A stretch of 64,000 nucleotides of DNA from Podarcis pityusensis (lineage: Eukaryota): the NCBI GenBank assembly GCA_964106645.2, contig OZ067042.1, one strand, 5' to 3'. Positions 53,588 to 64,000 of the stretch are shown here, one piece after another (position 1 is the stretch's first letter; every line of letters starts with the position of its first letter). Below the pieces are notes generated by a model, which saw nothing but the letters and a program-made list of their open reading frames with translations, made no database searches and was not told the origin of the DNA. A program made the position numbers and the translations under genes.

Positions 53588-55969
53588 CTAGGTAGCTAAG
53601 AAGGCCATTTCCTGGCTGTCAGGACCTAAGCTGTTTCCTGTCACACCTTTGGCCCATTTATGGAGACGGCTATAGAGGGGGAAGCCGTTCTTCTCCCGAT
53701 AGATATAGACCCCTGTGATGGCATCCCATTGTGGCCTGGGCTGAAGGGTTTCGACAGCAAATTCCTGCACCAACTCCTTCTCCTCCTTATCCAGACACAC
53801 AAAGCCAAAGAAGTTTTTGACGTTGTTTGCAGCCACAACCTTCGAGTGTATCTCAGCAGTGCGCTGGAAGAGTTTGGCCTCGCTGGAGCGGTACAGATTC
53901 CAGTAGTCCTCCTGGCGGTAGCTGAGTGGTGAGCAGCAGTGTTTGAGGCACTTGGTGATGAACACAAGAACTGCAACCGCACCAATGAGCATCCACCCAA
54001 ACAGCTGAAGAGAAAGACAAATAAACCAATTAAAATTTGCATTCCCTTTAGGAGAAAGTAGGGTTCAAAAGGATATCCTTGGCTACCACACATTGATTTG
54101 TATATAAATAGAAAAATTCCCACAGTTGGTAAAACTGGAAATTGCAAAAACCTAGTTCATATACATGGAAAAATACAATATATCCTGGAACAGGGACCCA
54201 CAACCTTTCTGGATGGGGGCACATTTGGGACTCTGAAACTGTCCTGGGCAGCGAAAAACAAGTCACAAAAGGAAAAAGTGGTGCTTTCCCAACATCCCCT
54301 AGAACAGGCATGTCCAACCAGTAGATCGCGATCTACCAGAAGATCCCTGGCTGATCCTGGTAGATCACGGGACCCCTATCGATCATGGGATTAAGAAACA
54401 GTTTACCAAAAGTTAACAAATAAAAGCTGAAGAACTTCGGGCAATCCTCCGCAAAAAAAGCTGAAGAACTTCGGGCAATCCACCCACCCCATGCATGCTC
54501 CCCCTCCAATGACTGGGTAGATCACTGCCAATTTTTTTATACTGGGAGTAGATCAGTCTCTTGGGAGTTGTACATGCCTGCCCTAAAACAAGCAAAGCAC
54601 CTATAACACACACACCCCTGCCAAATCAGACAACCCTCCTCACAACAGGTATCCTTTCGAACCAAACAAATACCCCAAAACAAAAACAAACAATGGGGAG
54701 CAGCAGGGGGCCTTTGTGAATGTCAAGGAGTGTCTGAGGGTGCTATGTTGAGCGCCCCAGTTGTAGAGAAATATAAGAGGATTTAGTTTCCAGTGGCCAG
54801 ACAGAGGCTGAAAATGAAGCAAAAGAGAGGACAGTTCAGTAGATTGTTGACCATTTAAGGTTGCAATCCAATGTTTTCTTACTGTGGGGTGAGCTTCACT
54901 GCATTGAGTGTAGCTGCTTCAAGTAATCATGCAAAGAACTGGGTTGCAAGGGTTTGTAGATCAGCCCCCACTGGGGCAGCCACAGAATAAACTGAACGTC
55001 TAAGCCTTGCCCAGAACAGCAAATGGGTGCAGAATCACATAGATCTAAAGAAAGCCCAGGGGCATGCTATCATACTATGATATCCTGAAAACCCAAAGTT
55101 CATACCATGATATGAATAATAACAGTAACTATGTACAATGATAATGGAGTAAAAGAAAAAGCAAACTCACTAGCAGAAAAGGAAAATAGTAATCAAGGGA
55201 ATTACCATTAGTTAATCGTATTAGTTGATGGAGGGGAAGTTAATAAAGACTCTAAAATGAACCTGTTTTAGGAATTTACAGCTTATCAGGTATGTGTCAT
55301 ATCCTAATATACCAAAAGCACACATTTTGGAATGGAAAAATATGTTCTAAGCCCTTAATTATTCTTATTCCAAGCAGGAGGCAGCACTCCTCTGCTTCAG
55401 ACGAACAAGTAAGTAAAATGCAATACCTGAGACTCATACTTTAATCGTCTTATAACCTCATCCTGAAATCTTGTCAAGTTTTGCGGCACGTCTTTACAAG
55501 GGAACCTGGCCATGGTTTCTGCTCCGTAGCCAGGTGGAAACTTATCCAGAGACGTAGGTTCTATGAATTCACTCAAGGCACAGACATAAGCCTCTCCACG
55601 AAGCAGTGAGATCACGGACCATGTAACAGGAGCAACTGCAGCCCGTCCCATGACAGAGCCAAAGATCAAGAAGTTGGCTGCTGCTGAAAAGTTCTTGGTT
55701 CCTCGTTTGTGGCATTCAGCTACCAAGTTCCAAGTGTGATTGTTCCAGATGACACCAATGACAAACAGGGCCAGAGCTGGTACACCAATGGCAGCCAGAC
55801 CATAGATGTAGTTCCTGGCTGGGGAGCATGGACAATGGAAAGCAACCACAGAGAAAAGTTCTTGGCTTCCAACAGTGCCCAGAGCCACCAGGCCATTGAA
55901 AATCATCACATCTTTGCTCTTGAAGAAAAGTGAAAGGAAGCGGAAGTTTTCAGCAATGAAGGCAGCCAT
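53588..55969 (-). CDS. CALHM2: Calcium homeostasis modulator 2, two coding exons (55427-55969, 53588-54004), 319 aa
   Basis: MAAFIAENFRFLSLFFKSKDVMIFNGLVALGTVGSQELFSVVAFHCPCSPARNY...RRLKYESQ|LFGWMLIG...PLYSRLHKWA is the CALHM2 signature. Donor CAG|GTATTG and acceptor TCTTCAG| are both phase 0. Confidence 0.96.
54305..54580. mobile_element. hAT-type MITE in the CALHM2 intron
   Basis: TIRs CAGGCATGTCCAAC / GTTGTACATGCCTG; 8-bp TSD CCCTA(G/A)AA; internal duplication of about 26 bp. Related element at about 63442-63750. Confidence 0.8.
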
Positions 55970-57991
55970 TTTGCTTTTCTGTATCCAGTTCAGACTTCAG
56001 TGTTCTGATGTGGAGTTGTCTGCAGCATCACGGAGTCTTGTTCTTCTCACCTTTCCATGGGCTGCAAAACAGAATAGTTACTAAACATTGGGAACTAAGC
56101 ATTATCACGGTTGCTAAAGGTCAAGAGATACAATAATACATACTCTTATCTACTTAATAGCTACAATAATAATCCCATGCACACTATATTGTTTGCAATG
56201 TCTGCTGGATTTTGGTATACTTTTGGTATTTTCTTTATCTAGTACTATAAATTACATACCAAGTGTACCTGGTTGGTAGGTAGAATACTGTCTTATTTGA
56301 GCAGTGAATCTCTACTTCTAGCATTATTTTGAGATGTAATATCCTAAAAACAGTGTTTTAGGACAGAAACGTGTGTCAATTAAAACATGGGAATTTATGT
56401 TGCTTCATTACAAAATGTGCTGTCCACTACTAGTACTATTCATTTTGATGATGACATTTAATAGAATCTTGGGGAAGTCATATTTCATTAGACTTAATGT
56501 AATTTTATTTATTTATGGCACAAATGTATATACTGCTTAACATAAAAACACCATAGTGGTGCACAACATAAAAGCACAATATACCATAAACAGCATAAAA
56601 AATCAGTATAAACAGAAAGGTTTTAAGCAAGCGTCTAAAACTGAACACTGTTGATACTTGTCTGAAATCAGTAGGGAGTTCCACAAAGCACTGAATCTTC
56701 CTTGAAGTGTACCTATTTATCTGTCAAAGTATAAAGGATGTATAATAAATGAGACAACTTTCTTCTGATCAGTCTGCCACTGTACCGGCTGCTTCCATTA
56801 ATAATACTAAAAGATTAGAAAGGACTAGGCAGTCATGTACTTTAGTGAACAATCTGGCACTCCATTGCCTTTGAATCCGTAGCTGGACTTTTTATCTCAC
56901 CGTACAAGAGAACACTCAAGCATGGCTTACCTTCACTTCTATGAGGCTTTAATGACCGACTGGAGTTTGAATTTTCAGTGAAGAAACACCATTATCAGAA
57001 TAGAAAATGTGCTGCTGTTAATCTTAGGTTCTGTCCATGTGTTACTTTGCTACCAAATTTTCTGTGTGATCTTGAGACAGATGAATCCTCAGTTTTGTTG
57101 TACTTCCATTCACTAGTTCTGACCAGACTGTTGTTATGAACACAGGAGTAGTTACATGAGTTTACTGTATTAGTGTGAACAGGTTGGACCAAATGAATGG
57201 CACTTGATGGATGGAATAATGAGGAACAAATAGTCATTGCCTGACTAATTTGAATCAATGGGAGGTACACGGAGTAATGAATTAATGGGAGCAACAATTC
57301 ATTACCTTAGGTGACACAGCTGCATATCCTAGCAATTATGGCCACTCAGCAATGTGAATAATATATCTCCAAGCACCATCTAGTGATAGGTTTACTAATT
57401 GCACATTTGGGGCATTATACTTGTATGTATAAAAGTTTAATCCAGCATGTGCTTGAATGCCTCCTGCAAGTTAGGGCTGGGCTGGAGGTACCCTAGGAAT
57501 AGCAGGGTCTCAGACAGAGACCTTTCCTATCATCTGCTACCTGAGCTACTTAAATTATGGGCTGGCTCTACCATTAGGCAAAGTGAGGCAACTGCCTAAG
57601 GTGGCAGATGGAGGATGCCAGCAGCAGCTTCCTGGCTGTGCCTCATAAGGCCCCCGGCCAGTTCCTTCTGTCAGGAGGACAGAATTGTGTGTGCTACAAG
57701 GCCTGACATGGCCCTCCTAAGTTAGCCTTCTGAGATTTAGTGGAGTGTGCTATTCCATGACCAGCCTTGTGGTAAGATTTGGCTCTCAGTCCAGTTGGCT
57801 TCTGTACATAGAAATGGCAGGAGGTGCTTGCTTAAGGCAGCAAATGTCTTGGGTTGGCCCTGCATAAACTGGAGGTGCCAGGGATTGATCTTAAAACCAC
57901 CTGTATTCAAATCATCTGCTCTACTGCTGTACTATTGCCCCTTCCCACCATGAACATAATTAGTAATGATTTTTTCCTATGGACCCCAATA

Positions 57992-58238
57992 TAAGGTTGC
58001 CATATGACTGGAATTTCCCAGACATACCAGAGATTTGGATGTCAGAAACTGTGTCCAGGCAGAAATCGCTTGAACGTCCAGGAAAATACAGATGTATGGC
58101 AACCCATGTCGTAAGTGTAGAATTTCCTTAAAAACCTCTCAAAAAACTCAACAACATTGCCCCCTCCCCAAAAAACCAAAAAACCAAACAAAAAATCAAC
58201 AACTTTTGTGCCTGGATTTTTGAAATATGGCAACCCTG
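57992..58238. mobile_element. hAT (Blackjack-like) MITE
   Basis: GGTTGCCATAT / ATATGGCAACC TIRs; 8-bp TSD CCCCAAT(A/C). Confidence 0.75.
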
Positions 58239-61200
58239 CCCCAATCTCTCTTTCTATGACAGTTACAGCCAATTCAGTTCCCAACACTCTGCAGGCCTGA
58301 AGCCTGATCCCTCATTCTTTTCCTCACCATCCATAAATGCAGCTTAGGGCCAGGAGCAACAAATAAATAAAAAAAGGTACCCCACAAGTAACCATCTCTG
58401 TTATCCCTTCAGTCCTCCAAATGAATAATTCTAGATTCTCCTTCAAACTATGGTAGGATTTGTTTTGTTCCAATATGCGTCACTTTGTATTTACATTGAA
58501 TAATATCTGCTATTCTGTTGCTCATTTATTCAGAGGTGTCCCCCACCCGTGAGTTGTTCTCACTCTGGTCTGGATTGCAGCATTTTGAAAAATTAATAAT
58601 TTGAAGTCATTTCTAAACTAGGTTACTACCCTCTTCACCTTGAACTTCATATCATTTATAGTTAAACACTAGATCACTTTTCAACACAGATTCTTAGGGG
58701 ATGCGACTGTTTACTTCCCTCCACCATAACAATTCTCAGTCCATTGTATGTGTTTACTGATTTTTAGTGTGTTACAAATCCACAAAGGACATGGCTTTTT
58801 ATCCATGCCTGATAAATTTTATTAAAATAAATCCCCTGTGTTCCTTAAGTATTATTTTGACACATTTCTGTTATCTAACACCCCCAGTGTCATCCTAGTT
58901 TCTTCACAGAATTTTATTGAGTTTTTAAATTTTTTTTGTAATATTCTCCTCAAGTTCTTTATTTGCTTGACTTACACACAGCTTGCCTGTGTGCTCCCCC
59001 GCCCCCCGCCAGAGGGCAAGACTTCCACTTTTTAAAGGAAGCTTTCTTGCCTTTTATAGCTTCCTTGACTCTGCTATTTTTAACCATTCTGTGTTCCGTT
59101 TGGACTTGTTTGTACATTGTCTAAGCTGTGGTATTGGTTCCATTTGAGGAGACTCTGTTAAAGTGCTTTGTTCTGACATAACCTCCAAGCTTCCTGAAAA
59201 GATATGGCACTTATAACAGTACCCTTTGGGTTTCTTTTACCAGTCCTCTTATTTGGGAAGCGTGTGATAAAATTAACTGAATGTGCTGTATTTTCTGATG
59301 TTTTTTTAAAAAACAAATACATATATGCTGCATTTCATAGGATTATGTTCCCTGTTCCCAAATAGCTTGACCGTGCTTCTGTTTTGCATCAAATAATAAT
59401 AATAAGCAGGGTTATTTTTTCAGCTAGAACTCACTGGCACTCAGTTCCAGCACCTCTCACGTGGGTGCCATTATAAGAGAACAAGGGAGGTGTTCATGAT
59501 GAGTCCCGACACCTCTTTTACTAGAAAAACAGCATTGATAATAAGCATTAAGTCAAACTGCCAGAGGAGGAAAGATGAGGTAGATGTATGGTCTTCCAAG
59601 TCATGGACAGTCTCCCATCATGCCTTAGGTACAGCTAAAACCAATCTGGGGCTGTAGCTTATGTTTTTAAAAATCTTGTAGGCATTTTTAGGTTGCTGTC
59701 CTATACCACATACCTGGGGGTAGGCCGTGCTGAATTCAATGGAGCTTACTTTGTGGTCATTGCAGCACATGGTGCCGTCCAGCTAAATATAATTTTCTCC
59801 TATGGATTTTAATTGGGCCTCATCAATGCAAGTCAACTAACATCTTAGTTTGCAAGTCTTTTCAATTAAAGGATGTTTGTGGGCTTCCCATATGATTATG
59901 GTTGGCCACTGTGAAAACAGGATGTTGAACTTTGGGCAGGGCTTTTCTTATGTAAATGCTTTATGCATCTTCAGCCTGAGTACTTGCAGTACAGAAGATA
60001 GCAGAAATTAAAAATGATTATACAAGTGAGAGGAAGAACCAGGAAATTCCTTTCCATCTACTCATACACGTGCTTGAGTCATGCACTCTCGGGACTGAAG
60101 GACTGAATCTACATTAATACTCTGAACTGAACTTCTATGCAGCAATTTTGGCACCTTAAATCTCTAATATATCTGGGAAAAGGCAGGTTGGGGTAGGGAA
60201 GTAAACAGGCATTCCCATTCCTTCTCTTTCCCTCCCTCCATTATAATCTTCAGGAAAATATAAAAACACCATTAACCTCCTGTTAATGCTGATGGAATCT
60301 ATTACTCTTATACTTTATAGTGTAAGGTCACTTGCAACATAAATGCAAAAAATATATAAGTCTGGCATCTCACATGTCATCCTTGTGCCTGAGAGCCACA
60401 CCCTTAGACCAAGGCCTGAATGTCAGAAACAGCCACGCACATTTCAGTACATACACAGACCAACTACTCCACCCAGAGATTTGTAGATTCTTTTAACGTT
60501 CTTGTGCAGGGGTTGTTGAAATCGAAACAAAACAAAAGCACCACTTGAAATTGAAATATTGATAGAAGATGTGAAAGAACTGCTCACATAGCATAGCAAA
60601 GGACTATATTGCGTGTAAGCTATTGTGTGTAAACCAGCTGGGCTTGCTGCCAGTTTGCTATCGCTGCACAAAAATAGTTTGAGAACTTTTTACGGAGGAA
60701 GCAAACAGGCGGCAAAACTGATCTTTTCTACTTCTCTAGCTCTGACATCTGGCAGCCCAGCAAACGTCTTTCTTGCTAATAATAGGAGAGGGGGGTTGCT
60801 GGGATCACAAGTAGATATATTTAGTGCATGTATTTGTTTTCAGAAAGCTCCAGGTTTCCCAAAATCAAAATGAAACTTGATGAGAGAGAAAAAAAGTTAC
60901 TTACTTCTGCAGATCCCCGAGCCTCTTTTTAGCTGGCCACGTGGGTTTTGAATCTATTCCAGGAACATCTGGCTGCCCTGCACATGAGGATAGAGAATGG
61001 GATCTGATGCAGAAATTGCCGCTGACAGAAGAAAGAGTTAAAAAGTGTGAGTGTGCTGCTATCCAGCAGCTTCCTTTTGCTTGCAAAGGGCCTGGGTGGT
61101 GTGTGTTTTTGGGTTTTTTTGCTTAATTTTCATGTTCAAAGGGAGGGGAGAGGCTTCCGTCTGGGTGGGGATTGTAGAGGGAGGGAGGGAGGGAGAAAGA

Positions 61201-63259
61201 ATTGGCCAGATTCATCCTCTTGCTGTCACGCACAACACTGTGCCTTTAAGGAAAGGAAAAAAGTGTAGGGAAATGATAGGAAAAAAATGGTAGGGAAATT
61301 ACAGGAAAAAATGAAACTCTTCATAACCAGATCAAGATGACTCATTCACAGAATGGAAAACAAAAAAAACTGTCTGGGCCGTGAAAATAGGCATTGCAGT
61401 TTCTTCTCTAGCCCCCAAAATAATGCTTGCTCAAGAACAAAGGGTTTTTGCCTTTACAAGATGGGGAAGTTGGCAATATAGGTGCTGTTATTGTTACTTC
61501 ACCATATTTTATAAGCTTTTGCCTAGTAAAGTTCACGCTGCTCTAAGTAAGTACTGTAATTATGGTGAGATAAAACGCCACTGTCTTTAAAGCAAAGGGT
61601 GACTAATAATCCATAATGCTGAGTGATGTCAGAAAGACAAGCAAGTGCTACACTCCTGCCTGGTGTTTTCGTTTGTTGTTGCTGCTGTTTGCTGTGGTGA
61701 CATTGATTACATGAGCATCACTGGACCCCTTTTGGATCATGCCTGTCATTACCTCCTTTTGTTGAGTCCCCAACGGCTAACTCTCAAGCCCACAGGCATC
61801 TACTAGGGAGCAGGCCTTTTTCAGTTGAGGGGACAACTTCATGGAATGCCTTCTCCAAGGAGGACCATATCAGTTTGGGCCTTCAGTCACCAAGACAAAT
61901 CCTGGCTCTTTGTTCCTGTTTGGTTTGTTTTTGTCCCATTGTCTTGTTTTATGAACTCCTGCTGCAATGTGGTGATACCATAATGATGTGGTATATTTGC
62001 TTCACTGTTGTTTTTGAAGGTTTTTTGTGTGTGGCCATTTGGGGTTTTTATTGTATATGTATCAGCCATCATGGGCTGTGCAAGATCCAGCTGCAAAGTC
62101 CCACTCTCTGGTGTCAGAAAATCTCAATGGGAGGCATTGTCTGGCAGCTGCCAAATGGCAGCAAGGGAGGACTTGCCTTCATCCTGGGCTTGCATGATGA
62201 CACTAAGGACGACCGATGCCAGGTGGCAGGAAATGCCACTGAATAATGTGTCGGCACAGGGACATTTCTGTTTCTGATACTACATTCGGATATCATTTTA
62301 TTGTGAGAATTTTTTGTAAGACTACGTGAGCACCTTTCAGGGCTAAAAAGTGGGCTGTAAGGCTTCTTATGCTCCTGCAACAGGACTCTCCTCCCTCCTC
62401 TCCCTCTTGCATGTACCACCCCCAAATCTGCCCCAAAACAAACTTGGACGCACAGAGGGAAGAGAGGGGAGGAAGGCCTTGTGCTGATAGGACAGCTTCC
62501 TAGCACTACATTGGATAAAATTCTAAGTATTCCAAATAAATGATAGATTTTGATGTTTCATGTAAGCCTCTTTGGGTTCATTTCTTTTAAAAAGAAAATC
62601 AGGATATAACATGCATTTTAAAATACATATCCATCCCCAACCTAGCTACCTGTATACTACATTTTCTCTTCTTTTCTCTCTTGCTTTCTATTCTTGATTC
62701 TGTATCTTCGTGGGTTTCTACATATAGTTCTGATATTTATTTATTTTTACAATGCAGACTTCTAATAGGAAGGTTTTCCATTGGGAGTAAGGCTAGTCCC
62801 CTGCCCCTTCTATTAATTGGGGACAGGAGTATCATCCACAGCAGATGGTTAGCCATCTGCAGTGTTAAAGCTACCAGAAACCACCACCTGTCCGAAAGGA
62901 CTATTTACCTTCCTTGTGGCAACAGACTAACATGGCTACTCTTCTGGAATTTTATTTTAATGGATTGCCTATTATTTCAGCTGGTGTACACAACTTTGCC
63001 ATAGGCAGGAAGCCCTGCTCTATAAATAGAGGGAACTTTGTAATGGCATAACTGCGTAAGAAATATTCAGAAGTCACATACACTTACAATGCACATCTGA
63101 GTTCTGAAGTGCAGAAGAGTTAGGAAATGTCATTCTTCCAGTCTCTAGCATGAATTCAAGCCCCAAGGAAACCAAATAGTTCATCCCAATTTAGCATGGG
63201 CTTTAAGTGTTTCCAGGTTTGACTGCTTGGGCAGGCTACATGGTTCTCAGCCTTTGTGC

Positions 63260-63420
63260 TCTCTGATAATTCTAATTCAAAGTGTTGGTACTGACCTTTT
63301 AAGCCCTAAACGGCCTTGGTCCTGTATACCTGAAGGAGCATCTCCACCCCCATCATTCAGCCCAGACACTGAGGTCCAGCACCAAGGGCCTTCTGGAGGT
63401 TCTCTCACTGTGAGATTTGG
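63260..63420 (+). mobile_element. L2-like LINE ORF2 C-terminal remnant
   Basis: Translates FKP/ALNGLGPVYLKEHLHPHHSAQTLRSS, resembling the L2 post-RT region. Another decayed L2-like piece lies at about 61790-62070. Confidence 0.55.
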
Positions 63421-64000
63421 GACTCAAGCAGTCATCTAGTCCAGGGATGTCCAACTGGTCGACCCCGCAGTGGAGTTAAAGTCTTCACCCCCTGCTGTCG
63501 TCACTCTTTCCTCTGTCCTCTGTTGGGTCAAATGCTTATGTAGTCGGCACGTTAGAAAATGGAAGCAGCTGTTACTGCAGTGTTGTTGTTGTAATAAGTG
63601 TGCGATGTTGTCCCCCCCCCCCCAAATAAAGCTAAAAATGCTAGATTAGCTTTTCCTCCCTAAAAAAAGCTCAACAACTTTGGCTTTGCCCCCTCTAAAA
63701 TGTTCAACAACTTTGACTCCCCCCTCTCTCTTGGGAGCTGGACGTGCCTGATAGTCCAACTCCCTGCAATGTGTGTTTGGGGACTGTTTACCTGGCCACA
63801 ACCTCTGCTGAATCAGGTCTTGGTTCCAGTTCTTAGTATTTATAGCCCTGATCTGACTGCTTGTCTGGTTCTGAACCCTGACATACCTTTATGTATGTCT
63901 CAAGTGCCATCTGCAGACTCACTTCAGCTTTGCACCCAGCTCCTGTCCTTATTCTGGAGTTTCAGCTCTTGTGTCCTTCGCTGTAGTCCAGTGTTGACAG

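Noticed and set aside
61875-64000. ORFs that might be CALHM1 or CALHM3, expected next by synteny
   Set aside because: No CALHM-like peptide is recognisable; the ORFs overlap L2 and MITE remnants. These genes probably lie beyond the window.

Overview
Eukaryotic vertebrate genomic DNA, most likely from a lacertid-type lizard (inferred from Sauria/Squam-type SINEs, a Bov-B tail and squamate MITEs). It is the gene-dense block syntenic with human 10q24.33. Gene order: PCGF6 (minus, 5' two coding exons only), TAF5 (plus, complete, 11 exons, 804 aa), ATP5MK/USMG5 (minus, 59-aa microprotein missed by the ORF track), PDCD11/RRP5 (plus, 35 coding exons, about 1815 aa) and CALHM2 (minus, 319 aa). Exon chains were traced by hand with GT-AG boundaries and consistent phases. 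Most notable unexplained structure: (1) a complete 2.03-kb non-autonomous L1-type retroelement with its own 5' promoter-like end, a short frameshifted ORF, no RT, a poly(A) tail and a 12-bp TSD in a PDCD11 intron; (2) two perfect tandem duplications that each copy a PDCD11 splice site and create a premature-stop alternative; (3) a U12-type intron; (4) an ATP5MK uORF ending in TAA-TAG-TGA that overlaps the start codon; (5) a template-switch hairpin with a perfect 34-bp stem. Repeat family names are from recognition only and were not database-verified.
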